Source: Balanoglossus misakiensis
Taxonomy: Eukaryota > Animalia > Hemichordata
Direction of reading: 5' to 3'
DNA: 64,000 nucleotides
NCBI GenBank assembly: GCA_040954595.2
Contig: CM082581.2
Location: 7,400,059 to 7,464,058, forward strand
Translations under genes and position numbers: made by a program
Part shown: positions 40,059-55,128 of the stretch, piece after piece
Position numbering within the stretch: position 1 is the first letter of the stretch
How the letters are laid out: each line of letters begins with the position of its first letter
The notes under the pieces: model-generated
What the model was told of the DNA's origin: nothing
Databases searched by the model: none
Seen by the model: the letters and a program-made list of their open reading frames with translations, nothing else

Positions 40059-40149
40059 ACAATGTGACTGAATAACGACGCGGTGAATTGCCACAATGTG
40101 ACTGAATAATGACACGTGCATCTGCCATATCTGTCGACTGAATAGACAC
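40059..40149. repeat. 34-bp minisatellite, about 2.7 copies
   Basis: ACAATGTGACTGAATAACGACGCGGTGAATTGCC / ACAATGTGACTGAATAATGACACGTGCATCTGCC / partial third copy containing GACTGAATAGACAC. Confidence 0.8.
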
Positions 40150-41928
40150 CGATTCGGGCATTAAAATCTAATAATCACAAAGAAATGTCGGACGTGCGGA
40201 CATACAGCTGGTCAAACAGCCCCACCGGACTCTTTGGGGGCTTTAATACTCGAGGACACCTCCAATATGGCGACACTCGCCACGCTCAGGCGAGAACGTG
40301 AAACCGTTCACACCGCGAAACTGTGCAATGAATGTGTACGTTGTCTCGGCGGTACTACAAATTTCTACTGATTTTCAAATACCATGGAACCTTATGGTGC
40401 ATGTAGTGATTTACGTTGACGGGAAGCTAAAAAATTCACAGCTGTCGGACGAAAAGTGACCTATACTTGTATCGTCAATGTTTAAATACCTTTGTGGCAT
40501 GTGTTGCCATTTCACATACAAAATATTACCAACTGACATTTACCAACCCCGGTGTATTTCCGATCGTTCTTCTACATGTATATAGACAGGCAATCATTAT
40601 CGTGCAATTGGATGCAACCAGACTTCTATATAAGTGTACCCTTTAAATTCAGGTGTTCCAACTGAATGCTTCAGTATTACTCGTTTTAGTGAAAGGGACA
40701 AAGTCGCTAACTTCTGACATTATTCTGGTTTATTCAAGTTTTTTGGTAGACCATTCATGTTGCCCTGCTCACTGAGTCCTGTTCAATGACCGGTTGTTAC
40801 AGATTAACTCACACCATGTATACGGTTAAGACTTGAATTCGAATTTATATTGCAATTTAAGGTTTGTAATTTTTATGTTGAATGTTTATGTACGGGGTTT
40901 GAATTCAGCTGCGACAACTATTGATCTAGCATCTTTCAAAAACGCAGATTTTCTTAAATCATTGCTTGGTTTCTTATGATCGTTCTATTCTATGACACAT
41001 CCTTCATGTTAAGATTCCCTCCCCCCTCCCGTCTATCCTCCACCTACGGCAAAACTGGGTATACCGTTCTTGCCTGTTTGAACGAATGACTTGGAGCCAC
41101 GTTCTTATTCGCTAGTATCGCCCCGTCGTTGAAATCCTATTCGTAAATAACTGGCGCACGCTTGGAACACAATATTTCAACCTGTCTTGTAATGAGGCTC
41201 GCTTTGTCCTGCCGCGATGCACGATTTTAATGAACGCCGTCACGGCAGTGGCACCCGACAAAAAAGACGGGTTACCCAGTGCCGGCAGATATCCAAATTA
41301 ACACGTTTTGCAGTTTATGCATTCCTCGTTAACGTGCCTAAAGCCTGCAGGTAGTAGGGGATCTTGTAAGTCACGCGTTTGCCCCAATCATGCCCGATTA
41401 TCCGACGTCCCGATGTATAAGCACGTCCGGGACTCAGGAAATATGAAATGCGATTTGTTGCTGACGGGTTGGACGTCGAATTTGCATCGTATCAGACGGT
41501 CCGTATATTGCACAACTATACTGAACATGCGTATGGGGGTGGATGGACGTCCCACGCCGTTTGCTCATACATGTAGCTGTGCACACATACCGAAATCTCA
41601 TAACAATCTGAATCAAGTATTCGTGAGCAAAAATTCCAAGTCAGAGGCTTGGGGTCCATGAGACCAATTCGACTTGGCTATGGACAATGGCCAGCTCCTG
41701 CCTGTGGGATTATGACTGTTTACTATATGTATCTCAAAAAATACGTCGCTTGAAACGAAATGGGGAAATGTGGATACTATTCAGCTATCGTCATACAACA
41801 CTGCCTCTCCTGTCAGATCGTATCTTCAAAGAATAACTAAACCGAAAGAATTCAACCAAATCGAATTCTTTAATTAACATTGGCGCGCAATCATCAAAAT
41901 ATACACCACGTAAGACGACCGAATGCGA

Positions 41929-42036
<108 letters not shown>

Positions 42037-42600
42037 CTTCCATTACATAATAACTTATAACGAAGTAGTGGTACATGGAATTATAATAAACGACGAGTAA
42101 TATCGCGTATCGATCGACTTTATCACAACATATGAGTAACGCCAACGTCTTTCAAGTAACATTTCAAAACGTTTAAATATAAAACAGGGAAGATTATAAA
42201 TAAAAGAGTGCATTTAACGCATGATCGAAAAGGAAAAAACAGGAGTTCATTATTAATGCATCGCTTTATCCTTCGCTCTATACAAACCACCGTGCACCGG
42301 ATCACGAGATGCTGAGCTGCCATCGGCCACATTAGCATGAAGGATTATTGCTGTCATGCAGTCTGGGGTTATTACGTCCAACATGGACGAGAAAAACGCG
42401 TGTGCGTTAACACTGCCGTATAATCTAAGGGGAACTTTAACCTCCATTCGTCATGCCGGCAACACAATCACCAGGTCGGCATGACCAAGGATGGTTGGGT
42501 CATGAAAGTGAATACGGGATAGGTCTTGTTATGATTTACTGCTTATTATAATGCGGTTAGATTAGACAGACAGACAGAAAGACACGCACGCACTGTGCCG

Positions 42601-42637
42601 TACTGTACTGTACTGTACTGTACTGTACTGTACTGTA
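42601..42637. repeat. (TACTG)7 microsatellite, preceded by a short (AGAC)n run near 42564
   Basis: Read directly from the sequence. Confidence 0.93.
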
Positions 42638-45600
42638 TCTTAATGTAAAGTAAATTGTGGGTGTCAAATGAACTAATTTCAGAAAGTGCATAATGACGCA
42701 TTGAACGTCACATTAACGGTTAAGTTTTAAGTCCACCCAAAATGGCAGGTATGTGACCTTCCATTGAAATTTAAACCTTTTAAACGTTAAAGCCACCACT
42801 AATCGATTGAACAGAGAAAAGAATCCGAAGATCTTTACGTGGTTGTATATTTTACCAAAATGTTTTCGATCGAGGGTATCCAAACATAGGTATGTAAAAC
42901 ACACCAATTTTAGGCTGCCTGAGCTGATTAGAGACAATGTAACACAGGGGCTGCATCTTTGGCGGGTCATAGGTCACATACTTTGAATGCCGGGGATGAA
43001 GCATTTTCGAATGATCCAAAAGACGGACACCCCGCTGGTATTCAGATCGCCGTGCGGGGTGCCTTGGGGTCTCTTTCCAGTATTCGTTGAAGCATCCACT
43101 CCGTATTTACTGTTTTAGAATCTGAGACAAGCTTTAGACATGATTATTACGTCTATACAGCATGAGTTACGATCAGACGGTAATTGAATTCACCGAAATA
43201 TGCAATATATCAATTAAATGGTTATCCCCACAAGAACTCGTTTTCCAATATTCTAAGGGGTCGCGCGGTTCGGGCCACGGGTCTCCTTGACATCCGAGCG
43301 ATGTTCAGCTGTTGGGGCGATAAATTGCCTGGCTGTGCAGAGAGGTAAAAAGTTAAAACAACATCTTAAAACGAATCGAATACTTTCCCGGGGAAAACTC
43401 GGGGACTTAACATCAATTACATCGGGGTTAATGATGAAAAGGAAACGGATGATTGATTCACGCGTGCTACAGAATACTCTAACATAACCAAGTCTAAATC
43501 GCGTGCCTTGGGTCTCGCGATGATGCCAAAGAATTAGCGTACTGCGTTTATTACCGATGACGCCGCTATACTTGGGCAGCCGGTTAGTCATTTCCACCCA
43601 ATGATTGTCAAGAGGGGTTTTTCAGTGAGGGTGGGCCTGATTAATTATAGTAATTACAGATTTGTAATGAATAATTTAATAGATAATATTTCATATCAAC
43701 ATATACGAGAAGTGCACTGTGAACTAGACATTGATTCCAAATGTGATTTACTTTGCTACTACAGCGTATTATTGATTCACGACGCGGCCAAGAGGACTCC
43801 AGCGAGACAGCGCTATATAAAGCAAACGTTTTCTTTTTTTTGTTTCATTTACGCGTCACGCACCGCAAGACGTTAACCTATCTGGGAGGTTGAGCTATCG
43901 ATAAAAATTGTAAACGACTTACCAAATACATGTATCTGTAGAAACAGTTCTAATAAACCGTCGCGAAACGTTTTCGCGGCTGGGCTTGTCAAAGAAAGGT
44001 GAGCTGTGTCGCAGATAAACGCAGTATATGACAGCTTCGTTTACATGACAGTGCTTGGGGATCTAGAGAACGTTCGCTAATATATGCAGCTGACGGCGCA
44101 ATCGTCGAAAGGTCGTTACTAAAGCCAAGGCATGACTGTTTTATTTCTCCCCTCTCCTTCTCTCGCTTCCTCCTTCTCTTTGAACTGCTCGACTGCCACT
44201 AACAACACTGACTGCCCCTGAACAAGATCACCTATGAATGGGACTCCCCCCACGACCGCCTACAACCCTCAAGTATCAGTTGAACGCAGGATACAATACT
44301 TCAAAAGGATGAACGTACACGCTTTGAATTTGGAAGCGCCGACCTTCATGTTTGAAAGAAGCGACGACACGCATTTTCAGCGAATTTCCTGAAATCGATA
44401 GAAGATGCTAGTCAAATAAAAATCGTCGCTCACAACAGATCAATAGAATTAGCCATGCGCGAATGCCAAGAGGGCTTTACAGAAACGTGAAGAAGGAAAC
44501 AAACGATGGGGGTGGGGGGCTCTGCAGTCTGTGTTTAAACACGGTTGTTATTTATTAAAATAGCCGTCGTTAATGGATGTTCATTGCCTCCGGAGCGAAG
44601 ATGCAACTGGACACCAGCATTATGCTTGACAAAAGGACACCCCCGGGGAGGAATGGGCGAGTGAGTCATGCATGTCGCCAATTATTACCCATAACCTACC
44701 ACGATTGGATTTCCAAACTACACGAGGGTGTGGAATGCTTTCAGGGAGGACTGTAAAACTTATTGTATTGTCATTGTAGGGGCTTTGAGCGATATCGCAA
44801 TTGTTCGGCGTGGCTTCCATTCGTAACATTCAGTCGAAAGTTCTGTAGCCAATTTACAAAAAAATAAAACACATTGAAAATCCGTCGAATAGGTACAACC
44901 GTACATGTAATTACTACGGATGTCTTAAATCGTCCTCCGAATGTAATTTCAATGTCAACTCGAAACAGAGCGATGTCGCGGTGAGATTTTTCGTCGACGT
45001 ATTAGACGCCTGCGTGAGATGTGAGAATTTTCCTTGGTCAGGCCACACGCAACACACACACGCGCGCCAGTCTGCTAATGATCAAATTGCCGCAATTAGC
45101 AGGCACGCGACATTTGCTGAAATGGCGGTAAAAGAAACCCATTAGCTGGCGCTTACTTGCGAAATACTGTGTTTTTATACCAGAAAACATAAGAACAATG
45201 GCAAAGGTTTGCCTCTCTTTACATGCTCAGATCAGTGTTTCATCAGCACATTAGAACCCACACTCCGAGAAACAAAATCACAGTGTTCCTGTTCACGTAA
45301 AGGTTGTAACATTTCGATTGGCAATCTTAACTCTATTTTGGTCGATTAAAATAGAATTTTTCGATTTTTTTTTCTCAGGAGAGGAAATAGGGGAAAACTG
45401 CTAATAATTGTCTTTGCTCTACGTCAATGCGAATTCTTTCAAAGCGTAACCTTTCCCTGGCCGTTGCTATCGCGACGAATTTTGTGAAATTGGCTCGATA
45501 AAATACCCGGATGTGGCAAATGCACCAGGTATACAACCGATCTATTATCTGCCAGAAATGACATGTGAGGTAAACTGAGAGAATCTTTAAGTAAATGATA

Positions 45601-45747
45601 TGCCTTTTATATTAAAAGATATAAATTTCCAGCTTTCTGTCGCCCTTTTGACGTCCACGTACACATATCATCTTTTTCATTGGTAATCGCGTTTTACAGT
45701 ATATAGATGTACATTGCTTAAGTTAGTGTAAGTATTTGTGTGTAAAT

Positions 45748-45870
45748 CTATCTATCTCTATTTATTCTATTGTTTATCTATCCATCTTTCTGACTGTCTA
45801 TCTATCTACACTGTAGTATTTATCTATCTGTCTGTATATTTGTCTGTCTATTCTAGTATCTATATATCCA
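45748..45870. repeat. Degenerate (TCTA/TCTG)n tract
   Basis: Four-nt periodicity of TCTA, TTTA and TCTG. Confidence 0.7.
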
Positions 45871-48800
45871 ATGTACCCATCCATCTGTATATCTTGATAG
45901 CTAGCAAGCCACCCCCTTACCTAATTTATCACCGTCACAAAGTGGAAAATATGTATTTTTCATGATGAAGTAAGGATATTGGCTTCGTATACTAATGATC
46001 TCTCACAATATACATGTAACAACAGATGTGGATTTTTAGAAAGTGGCTTTATAAGAAGCTAGAGAGAACGATAGAAACATGACAGATCTAACAGAAAAAC
46101 GTTTCAGCTCGAATAAAATGGTCTGCTTCAAGGAAAATACCGAATGCATTGTGGATGAACAGCCAATGAGACCTCTCGCTGCTCTAAAAGTACAGAGAGC
46201 GTTTTTCTGAAATCAATATACTGTTCCATGCCATCAAAGGAAGTGTTTTAAACTACCAGCAACGCTGGGTAGTCTATCAAAGGCATCCATTGTGCAGATG
46301 GTGAATGATTTGTCATTGGTTAAAAGACCAGGATGTGGACAGGATGTGATTCACTTCCACGAAAAAAAGGCGGTTTTCAGGCAAGTGGGTCAAATCTTTT
46401 TTCTCTCGCTTGCCCATTTTTTTGCGAGCTCGGTTCGTGACCAAAAATTCAAAGGACTGTTAAGCTCCTTTCCGAAATCACGGGATTAACTAGCCTTGGA
46501 AAGCACGTTGACAGGCGGAATTGTGCCGTACACGACGGTGCTTTGTATCACAGCCGTACACAGAGTGTCAGAATTAGGCTTGGAAATCAACCGAGACGGA
46601 TGAAAGTTCTAGAATTTCCTTTGAGCGCGGGTAAGATCTAGGAGGAGCTGTCGAACGCAGTTACTGGTTCATCATATTTTTTTCTGAAACGAGCAATACC
46701 TGAATTTTCGTTAACGTTACATCATTTTTAACGAGTCCTGTTTCAGTTTCAGGACACAACACAGGATGTGTTTATGCCGGATGGCCACTGCTCATTAGAG
46801 AATATCACGTGAATGTAAAAGACTCAACCATACATTCAAAATTTCTCTGCGGCAAAAAATGGGATAGTCTTCATGAAATGGCACAGGTGACATTAATCGC
46901 GACGGCCTACTGTGTAGCACTACACATCTATGCATAATTGAGCATCCTCAGTCACGTACGCCGGGAAAGAGGCCGACGGGAAGGTCACTTCATATTTCGC
47001 AATTGAACTTGAAGTGGTGGTTGACTATCACAAAGACTAGATCATGCCTCAGCCTGTTCTTCGTCATTATGGTGAGATATACGTTCTGTGTGTGAGCGTA
47101 AAGGGGGAGAGTTAGCTTAACTGCACATTGGCGACTTTTCTGTTTATAAATACACCATCTGCATTGTTTCCACTGTTCAGGGAGACCCTGCCAACCTATA
47201 CATGTTATATCAAAGTAGCTTGGAAAGCGTAATAAGAAGTAACGATGCATTGTTTGTAATGATCTACATTGTAGCAGTTATATGTTGTGCCTACTTTGAC
47301 TGGTTAGCAACTGTGTGGTATGGGACCCATACCCCCAGACGAGAACCCTTCCCTTTAAACATTCACCCCTTGCGATGGGATATGTTGGCCTAATACTGAT
47401 CAGGGTGCTGTAATACGAACGTCTGATAGTTATTTGAAACGGAACAATTTCTAGAATATTTTTGTTCTGGGTATCAAATATGTCAACATGCTCTGCTGTT
47501 CAGACATTTTAACAAAGGTATAGAATATTTTACACCATCTAACTGAAAAAAGGATGGGAACACCCTCCCGATATTTAAAATGTTGGATAGTCTCCTGCCT
47601 TAATAAAGCCTACGCTTTAGAACCCATATCATCGTGACAATGCGCGGTTTGTCTTCTATCAGTCCAGGCTCCAAACTTTTTCACAACTCTTTAAAAAAAC
47701 TTTCTTTGCGTTAACACCGCTGTTGCCACCCGCTGTGTTGGTTTAAGTCACAGTTTCCGTTCAACTGACACAAACTTATTTATCCTATCACTCGATAAAA
47801 CATTCAATTATACATGATCGCGTGAAAGCAACACACAGACCACGAAGGTAGATGTTTTCCTCACGTAACACATTGCTTTCATGACTGTGTTATTGCACAA
47901 ACGAATGTGTCGGCGGAAAGGCGTCTACTTGCTGTGCACGGGGGAGAAAGTGAGCTGGGCGCAGTAGGTAGCAAGCAATAGCTTCGACACGTCAATTAGC
48001 GTGATAACGACATGTCCCCGGAGCGGTAAATTTAATCATATCATCCAGAATGACGAGATCTATAGATTCATTAGCGCTTATAGGTCTATTGAAGTGCCGA
48101 ACTACACTGTCTGTTGACGCAATACTGCAAAATATGTGAGTATAAATCTAATGGTACAGCTTTATTACTCCTATGCCTCAAGTTTCAAACTTTACTTACA
48201 GAACAACTGGTGGCTATGATGTTCATCTCACAGTTCATTTATTCGCTCGCTCGTTTTTCGTTATTGCGTTCTGGGTGCTAAATTAACCCTATGTGCATCT
48301 CCAGCACGACCTTTTCTAAGGGTCGGATCGTCAGAGAATCATAAACACGTTCACAAAATTGTTAATAATGTGCACTCATGCCAACCCGCTGTGAAGGTCA
48401 CCCCTCATAGCCCCTCCCGCCGAATGCTTAGCTTACCACAACACATTCATTGCAAGAACAAGCCTAAAGGTGAAACCTCACGTGAACTCTCACATTTCTT
48501 TGAACATGACCGCACGTCACAAAGAAATGTCAATATTCAACAAACTGTGGCGTACTCCCCCCCCCCCCCCCCCTTTACATCTTCCGATTGACAACATTCT
48601 GCGCGTGAATTCCCTTATACGGCGCGTACCTCTGTAAGCACGTCGGGAAACTCACGTAATCTTCACTGTGAATGCCCCATTCTGCGCGATCACGGAGTTG
48701 ACAAGAATTCGTACCAGACCCTCAGTAGAGGTAGCAAGAGACAGGGCACAGGCGACGCGGAAAGGCCGTTGATTTTAACAAATCGAGACAACTGCTGCGA

Positions 48801-51800
48801 AGTTAACCTGTCCCGCTTGGAGTTCGCGTAAATAATTCAACTCGTCCGAGCAGCTCTCGGCCTATCATTAAACATTATCAGCCAGAACTGCTACAATTAC
48901 CCCGTATTTCACCCGCAGACGCATTAATTTCTCATGACAAATTAAAATGACTGCCCAATCTCAGAAAATCGATATATGATTTAATCCCGCTTGACAAGGT
49001 ACTTCATGTACTTTGCGAATACAAATCAATATATAACGGTCATCGATAATTAATATGTCTGATCATATGTCTTTAGGTGTTCCTGCTGTCAAACTGTCTG
49101 ACAGAGCGCAAGACAAGTAAACGTAAGCGAGTTTTTGAGCAACGCAGATTGATGGGCTGTGGTGAATTGTTACATAAATGACAGTGACTAATGGTTTAGA
49201 GGTGATCGTTTGATGTAGACGTTCCCGTCCAGATGGGAAAAAAGAATAAACCTGATGTCAAAAGGAATTAAATTGATGATATAGTTCCTCTAGTGGCCCT
49301 TTCCCAATAGCCCGAACCATAAACAGTGGATCTATAGCTAATATAATCTATTTTAATATGCATCCCTGGATTTCTCAGAAAATGTACGATATTAACTGGA
49401 ATAACACGCAGCCGGTAGTAGCACCAGCAATCTTTGCCTGGAGATACACTAAGTCTCTGGGCAATGGAGATCTATCTTGTTCGTACGCACCGCCTTGAAA
49501 CATGTGGAAAGAGACCGTGGTTAAAAGTCTAGTATTATATTTTTCATTAATTCGGCCGAACTTTCATAAAGTAAACGCCGCCGCCATTGCTGCGGTTACA
49601 AAATTCGCCATTGGTTGTGAATTCATTTATACTTTCTGGGTGGTTGATTTGTCGGTTTGTTATGGGGCCATCTTGTTTTCACGAGATTCTTGCTACTTGG
49701 CTACGCACGTCTGCCCTCTTCTAATCTAACCTGTATATAGCACGTACCTCTGGTAATATTAATTTCACCGAGGATAATGAAAACGCTTGCCTACTTTAAC
49801 TGCTGAAGATATTTTTAAGAACGTCTTTTCTTCCCGGGAGATCGAGTCGAGTAAAGGTGTGCCCCAAAGAGCCATTAAATCTCTGTGCAAAATGACCTTT
49901 TTGACGTGACACTAATTGAGTGATTAAAACTTAGATTGTCATAACAGTGTTTTTGTGAGTGGTTGCCACGCATACGTATAAAATAAAGCGCCCGGACTAA
50001 ACATGCTCAAGCAAGCGGCATTTATGAAAGACATGTGGGTCTGGTGTTATTACGTCAGCTAGCGCGTTTTTTTAAGATATTCAAAGGAGCCGGCAACTGT
50101 ACCTGATCATTTATGGCGACGCGTTCCTCTTGCAGCTATAACGCACGACACTCAGTTCGCCGAATTCTCGGGTTCGCTTGCCAGCCAGATTTTTCAGCGC
50201 TTCCGGTGGCAGTTCGACTGGGGACCGCCTCTGCGTGCGAACTGCGTTCAACTGTATAGCACTGTAACGTGGCACACACCAGGAATTTTCAACTGTTCGC
50301 GGATCACGCACTGCATGCAACACGCACGGAGCCGGAGTGGGCGGGTGGGTGGGAAATTAATGTATTTAAATGTGGCAGACCAAGCATCCTATTGCACTCA
50401 CGATGCAAATGTGCCTTCGGTTAAACTCTATTCAACGGAAACTTTGACATTCAAAAATACCTCACCTATTCACGTACTTGACGCATGTCGAATATCTTCA
50501 AGACATATGACATCTATAAAAATGCTTTAATTGATAATTCATAGCGAACACATGTTTAAAGGTCCGTGCGACGCTTTTCAAGTGGGCCCTTGGAGAATGA
50601 AGGGGCTGTTAATAAGGTCCCAGCGCTCATGCGCAGAGAATCTTCCCAGCGGGCAGTGCACGGTGCACTAAATTTGAATGTGCTTGCATGCCTTAGAGTG
50701 GCACTACCTCTTTCTAAAATTTGTCGAACTCAAAATGTGTTTGCCTGCAAAGATGCTGGAAAACAGCTATATACACAGCACGGAATGCAAATCTTTACGC
50801 AGTTATGGGGAGTGGCGATTTGTTGATTGTGCATGACGGCAAATTTGTTTGAATTTTTAACTTATTCTGGAGTGATCCAGTTAACCTTAAGCTCAGGTCA
50901 ATGGCCTGACAATCATGTCACAGGACAAACAACGCACCTGACGAGAGGTTTGGTCATATGTTAACTAGGATGTCAATCACAATGGTTAGTTTTGGGGTCA
51001 TGAGTCCTATTTGCCATTAACATTAACGACCGAGTCGAACCCATCCAGGTCTCTTGTAATGACGTTGTTCGGCAGACCATGTCCGCCGTTTCCGAACAGT
51101 GAAGATTCGGAATGTCAAGACAATGCTAAATCGGTCAGCGTTTTACGGGAATGTCAGTGTTTCTTGTCCCGTCTCGTCTACAAATCGGAGTTCCGACTCA
51201 GATGACATATGATGCGCAATGCCAAAGATTACCACAATTGTTACGAAGGGTATATTCTTTTAGTATTTCACAGCCCAAAAACAGTATTTAACAACGTTCG
51301 TTGCCAATTTCAGTGCCAAAACTGAAAACAAGGGATTCAACCCCGCCACTGTTATTTCGAACGCATATTCACCATGGTGTAAACATCATGCCGTGTTGTC
51401 TACATTGGTTATGCACAATGAATAACGTGTGTCGTAAACATGTACATGTATTGCCCATTTCGAACCAATGATCTATATAGCTAAACCACTGAAGCGGGTC
51501 GTAGGAATAGCGTTCACATGTTATTCGCAAACAATGGAAAATGTTTACAAGTAACATCTCTTGTGTCTCGGTACAAGGCATATAACGCTCTCGATGTGTA
51601 GTTTTATCACTGTCGCCCTTTTAGCAGACAGTTGCCATTAAAGCGTCGATCATGGTGTTCACAACAGGGCAGGGCGCATGCTCCAGTAATTTCATGGTCA
51701 GTCATTTTCGACGACCAAACGGCGAGCGAGACCTGTCCCCGGGCCGTGAAAATGGACATTAATCTCTTAGCAGGGGATCCTCTTTCGTGGAAAAAAGAGA

Positions 51801-54800
51801 TCGAATCTCAGGAAATATAAGGGACGATAATACACCCGCGGCCGGCCGGTCGGGCAGAGGGATTGATTAGTGCCGTAAAAGTACAAGTCAAGTTTAATGC
51901 GTTTAAAATAAAAAAGTGCAGCTAAAAATACCGTTCTTAAACTATATACTATGTAAGCAATTAGGTATTCCTTACAGGGCACTACTTAAATAATCACAAA
52001 TCAAATTACCATTGAAATATGTGGCGGCAAAACAGGAAAACGAAACCCATAAATATCGGTAGCAGGTATGTAGGTTAATTGGGTGTAATACACTCAAACT
52101 AAATACTCTGCAATCCGGGTCGGGTATGAGCCTATTGCTCGTGGCACATGTCGCCCCGTAGCTGATCTAGCACGCGTTCGGGTTATCAGAAATTACAAAT
52201 TACAGCCGTTCACGCTCCTAATCTTTCCACTTTGGGCGTTTGCAACACTAGTCGTGTACATAATTATCCAATGTGTGATTGGTGGAAGGGTGATATGACA
52301 GTTTGTTTTGGTCCGTGCACTTAAGGGGGCTTTCATTGACGTTGAAGCTGGTGGCAGCCAGCAATGCAAATCGTGTAAACAATTTCTGAGCTCCCACCTG
52401 GCAGAAATGGAAAGTCAAGTTGTACATGTACATGCTTTCGCAAATGTTCATTCACATTTACTATAATAATCAATTGAGTGAATGTTATTTTAATCGCCTA
52501 TGAACAGATTAGAACGGCACATACTACTTCACACCCTGAAATTCTTCCACCTGACAGAAGACTCTACCTCACAGAAACAGCGGGTGACATGGGGACATCT
52601 CCGTCACAGTGTTGTAATACTGATCCACCCATCTTTAGTAGTTAATGAAAGCTTGACACAATTCGAGTACAAAACCACGTAGAAATTGGGTATTCAGGGC
52701 AACACTGTGTGTAAAGGATTTTGAACCTAAGTGTTTGTGATGAGTTTGGTTTGTTTATAAACCCTTGGCCTGTTCTTGTCGTGTTAATTCCGCGTGACTT
52801 CATAAATGTTAAGCGAGCATCCTATTTTCACCATCAAGGAGGTGACATTTGATCGCATGGACGTCACAGTGTATCTTACATTTGCGTTGGTTGTTTTGCA
52901 TCCAGGTAATGACAGAGAAGGTGGTAGGTGAAGTGGAACGTATGGAAATAGGGCAAAGGGCACCGCCTGGACAGGCAAGTGGGATAGCTGCCCCATCTGT
53001 CATACATGACCAACTAGACACGTCAGCAGCTAACCAAAAGACCTGACGAACTAACACTCGCAAACATAAAAGTTTCAGCGCGAAGCGAAATGTTGGAATT
53101 TGCCTAACAGCGTACGGGTGTCTATAATGCGTCCGTGTTCACAGTTCTGTGCACACCTGCCCGATACGGTATGATAATTTTGGAGAATTTTTTGGCGCCT
53201 GTTAAATACCGACCTCGCTTCTACCTCGTTTACATGCTGACAGTAAAACATGTCATTGGAGACGGGGTTATAATGGGGTCATAACTGAAAAGGTGCGTCG
53301 ACGACAGAAATATGCACAATTTGTATATGACTCTGTATCTGCTCTTCATACTGAGGATAGTATGCGCTTCAAAAAATCAAAGTCTTGAACTTTTTCTCAT
53401 AGTTTGCTCAACACTTCGTTTCCTACCTCACATTCTGAAGCCGTAACATGGTGGAGAATCCGGGTATTGAATTATTCAAATAAGAAGCACCAAGAGTATG
53501 TGACCACCCGATAAACGTGCACTTGTGATCATTGAGTTGTAAGTAAAATCCAAGACGAACACCCTTGAGATCGTATCTTTATTAACAATTTTGTATGCGC
53601 TGTCTAAAAAATCAACATCCGATAGCAAAAGAGCATTTCAAGGGTTGTGTACTTTTTGTGTGTCAACTGAATGTTAATCGGTCGTTTTGACATCACTGTA
53701 ATTGGTAGCCTTTCAGATGAAATCTCTTCGCCGGTTCACGGACTATAAGGAACAGCTGGATTTTGGCATTTTTTATGTGCATGCACATCCCGTCAATACC
53801 GAGACGAAACACATCACCGTAGATTTTCCGGGCAGATCCCGTGTATTGTGCATACGCAGAGGTAGTTATTGTAATGAAGGACGAACATTATCTCGTTTCC
53901 TTCCCATCACTGAAAACCTGTCATGAATTTGAACGCACGCCGACTCCCTGGCGATGCCCGAGGCCAGGTGCCCGCCGCGAATAGGAAACAGCTGCAATTT
54001 TTTTTTACTATTCAGCGTAGTCGCTCGAGTCTCAATTTTGTTTCGCTAAAAATTACATCATGTATGCCAGGGTGCAGTTTGGCCAAAGAATGGAATTAAA
54101 CCGGGATATTTCCCCCCGCTCATTAAGAAACATTTCCTCGGCAATAAGGAGGAATTTCCTGAGACGGAACGGTTGAGAAGATTGGGTTACATTGAAAATG
54201 ACTACATTATGTTGTTAGTCGTACGAGCGATCCAGAATCAGCGATGCGTTCTCTATTCCCGATTGGCCATCCAGATGAGAAAACGACCGACTTTCAAATA
54301 GAGGCCCGGTCCCACCGTCTTCGCGTCATGTTATTATTTTGTCCTTAAACCTACGTGCGTGACGGTCATCCAAGCATTGTGACCTGAAACATCACACTTT
54401 AAATCATTTAAATGTATAATTGATCGTTTTGATGGCGACAGATGTGATATGTGCAATCCATCTTCCCGCCAAGAAAAACCATAATACTATAATAATAAAG
54501 AGAAGTCGCGTCTACTATCATAAATAACTTTTCTCTGGATATCCAGACAGAAACGTATACGCGTATCGCTTTGAAAAATTGGGGGATATTAAGGAAGATT
54601 TGTATGGGGCTTATCGTTGAAACTTGATATACCTATTTGAGAAAGATTATTTCAGAACGTATTATCTACAAACGTGTATATATCCTGACGGGAAGGATGG
54701 TTACAAATGGTTCTAATCATTCAGCGAAAATCACCGTGGCTTCAGGGTGATCTGGAAAAGTATAACAATATTCTGACTGGAGGGGCGGTTGCAACTGGTT

Positions 54801-55128
54801 CTGAAAATCGTTTTGCACAAAAACCACTGTCGCTTCAGGGTTCTCTTTTACGAAATCTCGCCATAATTGCGGATTTCCTTTCCTCGTTCATGTAATCTGT
54901 GACATCAATGGCGTATTAGAGGGGGTTTCTTCTTCCTGAAATCGGGGTATTTCCTCATAGATCGGGCGCTGGCGGGGAATCCATGTTTTTTTGTTCTGAC
55001 ATCACGTATACAGCGAAGAGAATATTTCCGATTCTCCATTTGCATAATTACTTGTGACGTGATGGGTCACATTGTGGGTCTACTGTGTTGTCGTCTCACA
55101 CACAGGAATACCGTGTGGCGTCGATCTG

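Noticed and set aside
40072-40094. Partial resemblance to mature miR-124 (ACGCGGTGAAT.GCCA)
   Set aside because: The seed does not match, it lies inside a minisatellite, and no hairpin partner is visible.
40059-40149. Repeat-spacer-like appearance suggesting a CRISPR array
   Set aside because: The units are similar along their whole length (tandem minisatellite), there are fewer than three copies, no cas genes, and the DNA is animal.
50025-50046. TGAAAGACATG, matching the 5' half of miR-71
   Set aside because: The 3' half diverges and no precursor hairpin is evident.
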